This document shows positions 13,472 through 26,374 of a stretch of DNA of 64,000 bases, in pieces; positions within the stretch are counted from its first letter, which is position 1; every line of letters begins with the position of its first letter. The notes beneath the pieces are model-generated. The model did no database searches. It was given only the letters and a program-made list of their open reading frames with translations, and was not told the origin of the DNA. The DNA comes from Octopus vulgaris (lineage: Eukaryota): NCBI GenBank assembly GCA_951406725.2, contig OX597819.1:23064001-23128000 (forward strand). The letters are read 5' to 3'. The translations under genes and the position numbers were made by a program.

Positions 13472-14334
13472 GGGCTTATTCACAGTCTCCGGCTGCCAAA
13501 TTTCACCACAAATTCCTTAGTTAACCTAGTGCTAATCGCAGAAGACGCACGCCCAAAGTATATATATATGTCCCCGTTATATGCAGCAACAAAAGCAGTA
13601 GTATACACATATCTGTGTATAATACTGAATATAAATGCATACCGAAAAGGGAGAATTTACTGCGGTATTTGTCCAGAAATGATATCCTTCATGGGCGTGC
13701 GTTACTTACATGCACACCTATATTAGTAGTTGGCCACCAGTGTTGGCGAGGATTCTAGACGTACATTTCTGCCTCGTTAACATTTTACTTCTAGCAAGTA
13801 ATAACTGGTGCTGCATATAGTCGCCAGATTTAATAAAAAAATGTTTTACATAACAGAAGCAACATTAGCTTAAATAGTCATCTATGTATCATACTTAATG
13901 TAAATGTATTACGAAAGGAGCTCATTTCACGTACAAGACTTGCGTCGGCTGGAGACAAATTATACAGATACTTGGCCAAGAACCCGGCACGTCATGAACA
14001 TAAAACCACCTACTCCTTAGCTGCTCAAAGTTTATCAACCTCTAGTTAATGCTAGCATTTTACGAAAGAGTTATAGAAAAGTAGAGGGTGCTTTCGGGTT
14101 CCTCTAACAGGAACTATCGGTGTTCGAATAGTGGGCCAAAAGACGGGAGAAGATCTCTCAACAACATTTTAAGTTCTGTCTTATTTTTGTGTCCTGACAA
14201 CTAACGGTAGATGATTTCTTTTTGCCTTTTTTTCTTTGTTTTTGATTTTCTCTAGCTATATTATTTGCAAAAGATATATTAAAAGTAGTAATATTATTGA
14301 AAACATTTATTTCAATATATTTCAATAAAACATG

Positions 14335-14372
14335 CACACACTCACAAACACACACACACACATAAATACATA

Positions 14373-14450
<78 letters not shown>

Positions 14451-14672
14451 ATATATTATATACATATGTATTATGCATATATTATATATATATATACATA
14501 TATTATATATATATATACATATATTACATATATACATGTATTATATATATACATATATTATATATACACATATATTATATATATATATATATACATATAT
14601 TATTTATATATACATATATTATATATATATACATATTCTATATATATACATATTCTATATATATACATATTC

Positions 14673-14736
<64 letters not shown>
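14335..14736. repeat. Long degenerate (TA)n region
   Basis: Direct inspection. Confidence 0.95.
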
Positions 14737-14738
<2 letters not shown>

Positions 14739-15553
14739 TAGCGTCGTAGCTTCCTCCAAGCATAGTAATATAGAAACAAAATAACATTTTTAAATCAGAA
14801 TTTTGTTAATATATATTTACATACATGTCCACGTACACTCATACACACACGCACGCGCCTACGCATAAACTCATGTATATATATATATATACACACACAC
14901 ATACCCACACATATTGTTTTATTTAACTTCTTGTAGTCTCCACATACAAATTTCTAACTTCATACATTACAACACTACGACCCAACAGACCAGTTTAGGA
15001 ACCATATCACATCCAATCGGTATGAATGTGCGATTGTATTTTCAAGAATTCAGCAGACTGTCTGCTTTTAACATTACAGAGGAAATTTATTCGTAAACGA
15101 GAAATTATTATCAGTTCGTCTTGAAAGCTAACTTTTTTACGACATAGCTATAAATCTACACCAGCCATAACAATATTTCAAGTGCGCAGGGACTATCTCT
15201 GACAAAACATTGAGTGTTATAGCGACAGACAGGCGGGGAAAGTCACTGCATAGTTTGATATCAAACGCTTTGAACTCAGTCCCGACATCTAGCGGTTAAA
15301 ATTTTGCTTTTCGCTTGCTTTCTTTTATTCAACTCTTACATTTGGAAAAACAAAAAATAATAATGATAATAATAATGATAAAATCGAAATGTTATTGAAA
15401 TAAAAATAATGAACACTGTTTTATTAAAAATTGTATTGCGGTCGTCAAATATCTGTTCATATACAACCATGCCTCCAATATACATTAACTATCATTTTCA
15501 AGTTGTATATGCATATATACACACACGTGTTCAAACAGATAACTACATAAATG

Positions 15554-15641
<88 letters not shown>
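15554..15641. repeat. (GATA)n microsatellite
   Basis: Pure run. Confidence 0.98.
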
Positions 15642-15924
15642 CATGGATTGATAGATAAGTTTCTTTATTAGCTACACAGGGCTGCACAGAGACAGGACAA
15701 ATTACAAGGTAGAGCTTTTCTTTTGGGGTTAAAAAAGGGGGTTTGGTTTTCGATCAAAAGGGATCGTAAAAGGAAAGAAAGAAGATAAAAAAGGGGGGGA
15801 TAAAATAAAAAAAAGAAGAAAGTGTGCATATATTCAAACAAACATGAATACTTGCACAAAAAACATCTAGGTTGACCACACATTTTGAGATTGCATGCAC
15901 AATTTTGGTTGTAAATAAAATTGC

Positions 15925-15968
<44 letters not shown>

Positions 15969-15970
<2 letters not shown>

Positions 15971-16116
15971 AGGGTAAAATGAAAAGAGTTTCTTTGCCAA
16001 TATGCTGAAAAATAGAGGCTAAATCTTCTAACCGCATCAAATATTTTATGTGGTTACACGACTTAGAGTCTATTTTTCATCATATTGGCAAAGAAATTTT
16101 TCCCCTTTCACCCTCA
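15969..16116. repeat. Imperfect fold-back inverted repeat (~70-bp arms)
   Basis: TTTCTTTGCCAATATGCTGAAAAATAGA pairs with TCTATTTTTCATCATATTGGCAAAGAAA. Confidence 0.85.
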
Positions 16117-16205
16117 TTTATAATTGTATAATTTTTGCCTTGAAAGGTACTTTTCATATGCTAGCCACTGATAAAATATTTTTTTTAATTTTATCTTTAT
16201 TTTAT

Positions 16206-16307
<102 letters not shown>

Positions 16308-16434
16308 GTCACACTATGATGAAAACCGGTTTGAATAAATATATATTTATATATTTTATCAATTTCTCATTTCATTAAAATTTATTTAGCATTCTGAACT
16401 TTTACAATTTTTCCATAAATTTAGTTGCTCTGAA

Positions 16435-16493
<59 letters not shown>

Positions 16494-17124
16494 TCTACTG
16501 CTTTGGGAAGATATCTACTGTGGAGCTCGCTCACCTGTGTGTGTGCGTGTGTGTGTGTGCGTGCGTGCGTACGTATATGCGTTTTTGTGTGGTGTGTGGG
16601 TGTGTGCTTATGTATATATTTGTGTGGTGTATGTCTGTGAGTGTGTGTGGGTGCGCGTGTGTGTATGTACGCACGTGCATGCGTGCGTACGTGCGTGCGT
16701 CCGTACGTACGTGCGTCCGTATGTGCGTGCGTGTTTGTGTGTGTGTATATTTAAGATACAGAAATAGCAACAGACAAATTTTATATTTTATTACGAATTG
16801 TCATTTGTTGTCTTAAAACATGAAAATTTTCACGTATTGCAAGTGTTTATTATGAGATTTACATTCATTATTCACATCTAGAAATTAATTTTCATTGAAG
16901 TATATTTGTTACATTCAAATCTAAGACCAATAGTTTCATAGAAATCACGTATTTACTTCAAGTCAGGGTCACTGACTCTAGAAGCAATTATACACTATAT
17001 TTAAATATACATTCACACACGCTACAGTTGTGGTGTGTGTGTGTGCGTGCAGGTGTGTATGCATATATGCAAGTCAGAGAACGAAAGCGAGAGAGAAAGG
17101 GAAAGTTTGAATAATATGCCAAGG

Positions 17125-17413
<289 letters not shown>

Positions 17414-17664
17414 CTCTATACTCTTTTACTCGTTTGTGTCATTTGACTGTGGCCATGCTTGAGCACCACCTTTAGTCGAGGAAATCGAACCCAGGGCTTA
17501 TTCTTTGTAAGCCTAGCACTTATTCTATCGGTCTCTTTTGCCGAACCGCTAAGTTTAGGGGGGCGTAAACACACCGGCATCAGTTGTCAAGCGATGTTGG
17601 GGGGACAAAAACAGGCACACAAACATATACACGTACATACATACATACATACATACATACATAC

Positions 17665-17723
<59 letters not shown>

Positions 17724-17830
17724 CATACATACGACGGGTCGGCTCGAGGCTATAGCAGAAGACACTTGCCCAAAGTGCCACGCAGTGTAACTGAACCCGG
17801 AACCATGTGGTTGGTAAGCAAGCTACTCCT
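17414..17830 (-). mobile_element. tRNA-derived SINE, family C, with internal microsatellite
   Basis: Head part 17731-17830 (GGTTCCGGGTTCAG...CTGCGTGGCACTTTGGGCAAGTGTCTTCT), internal (TA/TATG)n 17620-17730, tail 17414-17615. Confidence 0.88.
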
Positions 17831-17838
17831 ATATATCG

Positions 17839-17892
<54 letters not shown>

Positions 17893-17948
17893 CGGAGATG
17901 TACTTGCATACCAAGTGATTTGATCTGAGATCCGTGTGCTGAAACGAA

Positions 17949-18164
17949 AACAATTGCAGAGTGGAAGGTGTTTGTAAGCCATTTAAGAAACACACAAAAA
18001 CCGTTATATTCACTTCAACAGCACGGATTTCTGTCAGTGAACAGGTCGCGATCTTATAGCGACGAAAATATTTTGACAAATTAAACTTAAATGTTGAAGT
18101 GAATCGAACGGCTTTTTGTGTGTTTCTTAAATGGCTTACAAACACCTTCCACGCTGCAATTGTT
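17949..18164. mobile_element. Fold-back element (~72-bp arms) enclosing a degenerate hammerhead
   Basis: 17949-18020 is the reverse complement of 18092-18164; spacer has TGTCA-GTGAACA-G-GTCGC...GCGAC-GAAA-ATATT-T-TGACA. Confidence 0.75.
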
Positions 18165-18167
18165 ATG

Positions 18168-18252
<85 letters not shown>

Positions 18253-18409
18253 TACGACAGGCTTCTTTCAGTTTCCGTCTACCAAATCCACTCACAAGGC
18301 ATTGGTCAGCCCGGGGCTATAGCAGAAGACACTTGCCCAAGATGCCACGCAGTGGGACTGAACCCGGAACCATGTGGTTGGTTAGCAAGCTAGTTACCAC
18401 ACAGCCACT

Positions 18410-18412
<3 letters not shown>
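18253..18412 (-). mobile_element. SINE family C, 5' half
   Basis: Minus strand GGAGTGGCTGTGTGGTAA...GGTTCCGGGTTCAGTCCCACTGCGTGGC, ending in (TA)n. Confidence 0.88.
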
Positions 18413-18452
<40 letters not shown>

Positions 18453-19930
18453 TTCCTAATGTGATGGTCCTATAGAGCGTTACGCATGAGACAAAGAACC
18501 ACTCCGAACAGACCAATTTATATGCTTCAGGAACGCCCAAAGTACAAACCGATGTGCAACAGACCATTGATGGAAACATCGTAGAGACAATTTATTTGAT
18601 ACAGTCCGTTTGAGGCAGAATTGCTAGACCAGGAAATTAAATTACCTGTCTTGATTTAGTTATGCCTCTTACGTTTTGTTTAAACACTTTGCCTGCGATG
18701 AAAATCCCCGGTAGCTACCCACGTTACTTCTTAATACACCATGAGAATCTCCGTGACTCTGGTGATGTTTCTGTTATGAGGCCTTATGTTACTGTGGTTG
18801 AAATGACACTGTTTGAATTTTAGGAAGTGTACAGAACACGTTCCTTGTATTCCTTGGATAGTTATCAATTTGAATGGATAGAATCTGAAGACAATTGGGA
18901 AGACGGATGCAGGTCATTCCCCCTATTATTATTGTTGCACTGCTCTCCATTAAATATTTTTCGTGAACGTCATATAATAAAGTCTGGAATATAATCTGCA
19001 GAAAAAAGCCATTAAAAAAAAAAGAAAAAAATAACTATAAATTGAGGTACAATGGAACACTTTTTCAAATGTGTACAATCGGTGACACCCTTTATACAGA
19101 ATAAGTATAATATTCGTTTTCTACTGCGGGAGTCATGGGTGGCACTTGATTAATACTCGCTAGTGGCTCTTACCCGTCTGCCTAGGGTTAAGTTAGCTCG
19201 CCTTGACGGTTTGTAATTGTGGTAATTAATATTGTGATTATACAGAGAATATAAATAGAGTTTTATAAAAAATTTAAAAAACGCGTAATTTATTAAAAAC
19301 TTAAACCAGTGGTACAAAAGAATATATGACACAAAAATGACTTTTGTCGGCAAGATGTTAAAATACATCTGAAGTGTAAACATCCTTTCCCTTTTCTGGA
19401 TTCGATAAAATAATTTCAGTCTAAGATGGCTACGTGATTGCAGCTACGTGATTTCGTATTTCATCTGACTGCGAATCACCTTGGGCAAGTGAGTTTCGCT
19501 AATGTCACAGGTCGACGAAATCCTATAAGTAATATTCGACAGACTGAAGCTGTATTGAAAATGTTGTGGGGGAACAGTTCTATCTTTTTGGCAACAGACT
19601 TAGTGGTGCCACTTCGCCAGTAGGTGCCGTAGGCAAACACCACTATTCTATCACATATATAAGAAAAACACTGGTTAATTTTATCGACTAGATTTCTTCA
19701 ACATAAATTACCGATTGTCGCCTTCTGGAAATATCAGAAATCACAAGAGACATATACATTTGCTGAGTAAACCATCCTTACTTCTCCGCCCGCTCTCTCT
19801 CTCGTTATATATATACACACACATACACTCACATAAACACACACGCATATATACATGTATATATACATGTACATATATGTATGTGTATATATATGTGACC
19901 TCGTGTGTACCGTTGTCGACTTTTTTCCTC

Positions 19931-20240
<310 letters not shown>

Positions 20241-20245
20241 TAAAT

Positions 20246-20287
<42 letters not shown>

Positions 20288-20694
20288 TAGATAGATAGAT
20301 AGATATATTCCAATATGTTTGTATCGGTCTGATTGTAGACACGGAGACTCAGATTTGAATTAAGTGATGCAGCGTTTCATAAAGAATATAAATATACTTC
20401 TAAATTAAATTTTTTCATAAAAGTTCATTTTTAGATATGTATATTGAATGCAAATCTATCAGTAACAGTGATGTCTCGTGAATATGTTGGTGTTGTTATA
20501 GAACAGATGGGACTACATGATAAATAAAAATACTGATCCTTGTACTATAGCTGCTAGTGAATTAGCATTATAAACACACAAACACACACACACACATGTG
20601 TGTGTAAACGTATACACATGTATGTATGTAATTTGTAGGTATGTATAGATGTGTGTTTGTGATATGCACTTGTACATACAGCGACATTCGTATG

Positions 20695-20730
<36 letters not shown>

Positions 20731-20731
20731 T

Positions 20732-20912
20732 TTACTTGTCTCAGTCACTTGATTTCGACCATGCTGGAGCACCGCCTTTAGTCGTGTAAACCGATCCCAG
20801 GACATATTCTTTGTAATCCTAGTACGTATTCTGCAGGTCACTTTTGCCGAACCGCTAATTTACGGGTCCTAAACGCACCAGCGTCGGTTATCAAGCGATA
20901 TTGGTGGGACAA
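20732..20912 (-). mobile_element. SINE family C, 3' half
   Basis: CCATGCTGGAGCACCGCCTTTAGTCG...TTTTGCCGAACCGCTAA, followed by CA microsatellite. Confidence 0.85.
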
Positions 20913-20943
20913 ACACACACACAAACATATACATAAACACACG

Positions 20944-20993
<50 letters not shown>

Positions 20994-21019
20994 CACACAC
21001 TCTACACACACACACACAC

Positions 21020-21058
<39 letters not shown>

Positions 21059-21079
21059 AATTATCAGAATGAGATAAAA

Positions 21080-21443
21080 ATCCAAGGCTCTGAAAGATTT
21101 TAGAACATTTATAAATAGGTTTTACAGCTGTTTCCGGGATATTTTATATATCTCTTCATTGGAGATGGTGTGAGAAAATGGTTAAGTAATAGTTATTCTA
21201 TATAAGATATGAAATACAGAGTGAAGTGGAGGAATGAAAATAGACGTGAGATATGTAGGGATATTGCATCTGTAGATCCAAGGCTGTGAAAGATTTTGGA
21301 ACATTTATTAATAGGTCTTACATCTATTTCCGGGATATTTTATGTATACCTTCATCGGAGATGGTGTGAGAAGATGGTTAAGCAACAGTCGTTCTAGATA
21401 AGATATGAAATGGAGAGTGAAGTGGAGGAATGAAAATAGATGT
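21080..21443 (-). mobile_element. Tandem ~196-bp duplication, each unit with a hammerhead-like motif (pLTR-like)
   Basis: Units start at 21080 and 21276; minus strand TCT-CC(A/G)ATGA-A-G(A/G)..ATA...TATCCC-G-GAAA-(C/T)AG(C/A)T-GTA-A(A/G)A. Confidence 0.75.
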
Positions 21444-21690
21444 GTGGAACTTACTCACAAGGTACTTGAATCTTATATGTATAAGATTAGCATAATCACC
21501 GAACCTGGAGCTTAACCACAGTCTGTCTATAGCACTTACTTACTTAGTATTATCTGACACCCTTGGGTCTTACTGACACAATTACCTCTCATAAACTATA
21601 TATAAATAAGGATAAGATCGTTAATTTAAAATAAAATAACGATTTTATCAAGTGGTCAGCATGGAAAAAATAACCTTCAAATGTAATAAT

Positions 21691-21908
21691 TATTAAAATT
21701 ATAAATTAGGTATCTACGAGATACCACCATGCTGAAAATAGCAGCCATGATCTGACTCTAAAATCACCTTAATTTTCCATATATCAACATGGAGATATCA
21801 ACTCTCCATGTTGATATATGGAAAATTAAAATGGTTTTAGAGTCAGATCATGGCTGCTATTTTCAGCATGGTGGTATCTCGTAGATACCCTAATTTATAA
21901 TTTTAATA
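21691..21908. repeat. Near-perfect fold-back palindrome, ~105-bp arms, 7-nt loop
   Basis: 21691-21795 is the reverse complement of 21803-21908 with few mismatches. Confidence 0.95.
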
Positions 21909-22119
21909 TATATATATATACTTATATATGAATAATAAAGGTAGCTTCCTCGCAATTTACAACCGAAAGTCAGAAGTATAGCCGTCACTAGGGTGAACAA
22001 GTGTACTAGTTAGTACCAGCATTGCTAGAAATAAGAGTCAAAACAACTCATAGCCACGAGAAAGCAGTTATCATGTGACTGAAAAGGGAGGTAAGCTCTC
22101 TACAAGATCTGGAGCATAG

Positions 22120-22150
22120 CCAGATCACCGGTGATTTCGCTCGTCAGTGG
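22120..22150 (-). ncRNA. Ultra-minimal hammerhead motif (stem II reduced to GC)
   Basis: Minus strand CCA-CTGACGA-GC-GAAA-TCACCGGTGA-TC-TGG; stem III is the perfect palindrome ATCACCGGTGAT. Confidence 0.65.
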
Positions 22151-22382
22151 GTCTCACTCGGCTGCCTAGTTTTCAGCAAGCCCGCCCTCTCAGTTTATAA
22201 GAATTAACGTAGATATCGTATGCTGAGTTCATAAATGGTAAAAGTGAAAATTACATATACATATATATATATACAAATGAATGAAAGATGAACAAAACAT
22301 AATGGGCATTATCGCTATGGGCTCCGTGTGGGCAGTCATCTAAAAGTTTTTGTTCATCTTGATGCTGACATAAGTTCCTTGT

Positions 22383-22465
22383 TTTTCCTGATGAGAAGGC
22401 GGCATAATGCACCCCTTATTCCTTCGAAATTAGGAATATGCAGCCTTCGAAAAATATGTCGAGAA
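22383..22465 (+). ncRNA. Type-I hammerhead motif with extended stem II
   Basis: TTTTC-CTGATGA-GAAGGCGGCATA...TATGCAGCCTTC-GAAA-AATAT-GTC-GAGAA. Confidence 0.75.
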
Positions 22466-22658
22466 TAAAGGAATTTTTGTTAATTCGTCGTTTAACTCCA
22501 TTCTTTCATTTATTTGTATTTTAAAAAAAACACACAAATTTCCACACGAAAGCACGTGATCTCTGCCCTTGGCATGTAGCTTCAACCGTGTTTTTCTGAC
22601 GTGAATTTGCTACCCAGGTAACCGAATTATCCATAATAAGATAATTCATTCAACTACT

Positions 22659-22706
<48 letters not shown>

Positions 22707-23319
22707 TGTGAGTGTGTGTTTATACATATATGTGTGTGCGAGTGCATGATATAATTTGTATGAAACTAAAAGATAGAAAACTCTATCAAAAAAAATAAAC
22801 TTTACTAACAAATTTCTTTTTGTAAAAGTGTATTTTTTTCAGCATTAATGTATAACTACTTGACATTTCCCTAGCTGTCCCTACGATTTTTTAAATTCCT
22901 AATTCAGTAATTCGAATTCTTTTTCTTTTCTTTCCTTTATGAGAGTTTTTATAAACCCATTTGGTAGGAGCTGTGCCAGACGTTGCGTTCCGATTTCGTT
23001 CCACTTTTTCCCTTCCACATTTAAACTACTTTTAAGTGATTGAGTCAGTTAAGTGATCTGTACTTGATCTTCGTGAAAGTGAGACTTGTATAGATGGTCA
23101 CTTACACGATTGCTCATATATGCCTGTGTATTGGTACCTTGTGTGGATGTGCGAGTGTTTGTTTATGCGTATATAGGTATATACACATTGATACACATAT
23201 AGAGAAACACATACACGTATATATATATATGTATGTATGTATGTATGTATATGTATGTGTGTGTATATATGTATACTTACATACATGCAAGTATACATGT
23301 AAGTATATATACATACATA

Positions 23320-23367
<48 letters not shown>

Positions 23368-23917
23368 GTACATATGTGAGCGTTCATCTCTCACACACAC
23401 AAATCCACACACAAGCAAAAAAATATATATAAGTATATATATACATACCATGCACACACACACACACACATATATATGTGTGTATATATATATACACACA
23501 TATATATACATAAATATATATATATATATTTATATATATATATATAAGTACATATATATATATTACACATATATACATATGTGTCAGTGTGTGTGTGCGT
23601 GTACGGGCGTATGTTTGTATGTAGGCAAGTGTATATGTGTATATCATTTGCACACGATATGATTTTACACTGTTCAAACATACCTGAAATCGCTTTATCA
23701 GACGAACGTTGAATAATATATGACTTCCGTCTTGAACGTATACGTAAAAGTAGACAAGCTGAACTTAAAATATTCATACGAAATTTTATCCATTGTGAGA
23801 ATACTCTCCATCACAGCCGGTTTGTAAACTATATATATATTGCAAACAAGAAGCATGAACTCCTCGTCTTTATCATTGCACAATAAAAGTGATTTACATC
23901 GAAAGAGTTATCTGAGT

Positions 23918-23985
<68 letters not shown>
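23918..23985. repeat. (TAA)n microsatellite, target of the adjacent LINE
   Basis: Pure run. Confidence 0.97.
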
Positions 23986-23986
<1 letters not shown>

Positions 23987-25415
23987 TAGATAAGACACAA
24001 CACACACAAATGAAAGAGAAAATAAAAAAGAATATTATAGACGAGTTAGATCAATACTAAAAACAGAGCTCAATGCTAAAAACAAGATAATAGGTATCAA
24101 CACTTTAGCTGTCCCAGTTATAAGTTACAGCTACAATATCCTTAACTGGACACGAAATGAACTGTCCAAAATAGATAGGAAAACAAGAAAAATACTGACA
24201 GGATCTAGGATGCATCACCCAAAATCTGACATAGAAAGACTATATATACAACGTATAGAAGGTGGTAGAGGCCTTATACAGCTGGGAAACTACTATAAAA
24301 TAACCACCATAGGACTGCAAAAATACGTACTTCAGAAGGAAGGAAAACTGATCCAGATAGCAGCAAAACACGAGCAAAACAAAAAACTGTTCTCAGTATT
24401 TAAGGAAGCTGACAAATACAAACAAGAAATCATACCACCTAATAAACACAAAGAAGAAGAAGAAGATGATGAAGAAACAACAAAAGCTATAAAACAAATG
24501 AAATCCAAACTAAAAATAGAACAGCAACGAGCCATGATAAAACGATGGCAAGAAAAACCCCTTCATGGTAAATACTGCACTAAACTAAACGCAAAAGAAA
24601 TAGACAAAGAAAAATCCCAGCAATGGTTGAGAAGCTCAGGACTCAAAGCAGAAACAGAGGGATTTTTAATTGCAGCACAAGACCAAAGCCTCCCCACCAG
24701 AAATTACCAAAGACATGTAATGAAAAGAAATATTACAAGTAACTGCAGAATATGTGGAGATGGACAAGAAACAATAAATCATATTATCTCTAGCTGCCCA
24801 GTCCTGGCTAAGAAGGAATATATTCACAGACATGACAGAGTTGGAACCTACATACATTGGAAGCTATGCCAACATTATGGAATAACAACAGAAAAAAGAT
24901 GGCATAGGCACACACCAGAAAAGGTCACAGAAAACGAGAAAGCAACCATACTCTGGGATATGTCGATACACACAGATAGAGAAATTAAGGCCAACAGACC
25001 AGATATAGTTGTCAGAGATCATGAAGAAAAAAATGCTTTCTAAGTGATGTATCAATACCGGCAGATGACAACGTGTCTCTAAAAGAAATGGAGAAACTCT
25101 CAAAATACAAAGACATGGAAATAGAGGTAACTAGAATGTGGAACCTGAAAACAGAAACAATTCCTATCATAGTAGGTGCATTAGGCATGATAAAAAAATA
25201 TTCAGACAAATATATAACAAAAACACCAGGACTTACAAACACATATAACATACAGAAAATTGCACTACTAGGCACTGCACACATCCTACGCAGAACACTT
25301 TCCATACAATAACCATCAGAGCATCACAACAAATCACAGCACATACCCAAGGCACACAGAGCTGCGCTCGGTAGTGAGGTGAAAGCACGCTATAAAAATA
25401 AAAATAAAACTACTG
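23986..25415 (+). mobile_element. 5'-truncated R4/Dong-clade non-LTR retrotransposon (RT C-terminus, CCHC knuckle, restriction-like endonuclease)
   Basis: HPKSDIERLY...GGRGL, AETEGFLIAAQDQ, CRICG...HIISSC, RHD, ILWD...NRPDIVV, EKLSKY, IVGALG; (TAA)n on both sides. Confidence 0.93.
24030..25312 (+). pseudogene. Dong/R4 ORF remnant with a frameshift in an A-run near 25030
   Basis: ORFs 24210..25043 and 25073..25312 are collinear parts of one protein. Confidence 0.88.
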
Positions 25416-25436
25416 AATAATAATAATAATAATAAT

Positions 25437-25892
25437 ATGCCCTGATGCAGTACCAGGCGGGGGCTCTCGTGGCTTCTGATCTTAACTGATTGGAAGTATT
25501 ATCGTGTACATTGTATAAAAGATGGGCTACAGTAAACATTATGCTCAATACCACAGATTTGCTTGTCAGTTGGTTGACCGTAACCAGTTGAGCATGTCCC
25601 TTAGTGGTTGACGATATGTGCATCTCTGATCACGAGCAGAAGTAGTGGGAGAGCATCATAGCCATGTGTTGAGAGGGATTCTTTGGGGTTTGAATAATTC
25701 GCCTTTGGAAACGAGTGTTTCTTTCAACATCCTTAAACAACCCTTATTCAGGGACCTTTTGAATGAGATGGGTTACTCGACCTGAAGAAAATTCTAACTG
25801 GGCCCCACCTGCAAGGTCATATGCTGTTTATCTTGATATGAGACCACCATGTCGCACACATAGGGTTGTGATGCATGTGCCTAGTGTACCCT
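25437..25892 (-). mobile_element. Interspersed repeat with (ATT)n tail, probably a non-autonomous retroposon; partial second copy at 43843-43968
   Basis: Shared CCTG(A/C)TGCAGTACCAGGC...GGCTCTCGTGGC...TAACTGATTGGAAGT in both places. Confidence 0.7.
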
Positions 25893-26153
25893 TATTATTA
25901 ATAATTATTAATGGAAAGACAGAAAAAAACTGTAAAAACAAGTAAAATAAGCCAATAAAAATAATAATAATAATGGTTTCAAATTTTGGCCCAAGGCCAA
26001 GAACTTTGAGGCAAGGGTCCAGGGATCAACTAGTAAATATTTTATGAGCCCTGAAAGGATGAATGTCGGAATTTAATATCACAACGTAAAGCCAGACGAA
26101 ATGCCGCTCAGCCTTTTGCCCGATGTACCAACGATTCTTCCATCTAACCGCCT

Positions 26154-26154
<1 letters not shown>

Positions 26155-26189
<35 letters not shown>

Positions 26190-26342
26190 GAAGAAGAAGA
26201 AGAAGAAGAAGAAGAAGAAGAAGAAGAAGAAGAAAAGAAGAAAAGAAGAAGAAGAAGAAGAAGAAGAAGAAGAAGAAGAAGAAGAAGAAGAAGAAGAAGA
26301 AGAAGAAGAGGAAGAGGAAGGAAGAAGAAAGAAGAAGAAGAA

Positions 26343-26374
<32 letters not shown>

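Noticed and set aside
18450-19098. Possible Tc1/mariner remnant (GACACCCT..TA end near 19084-19096)
   Set aside because: Only one weak TIR-like end and no convincing transposase motif
22580-22660. Similarity to 29610-29700 (GTGAATTTGCTACCCAGGTAAC...GATAATTCATTCA)
   Set aside because: Probably fragments of an old interspersed repeat, too short and diverged to classify
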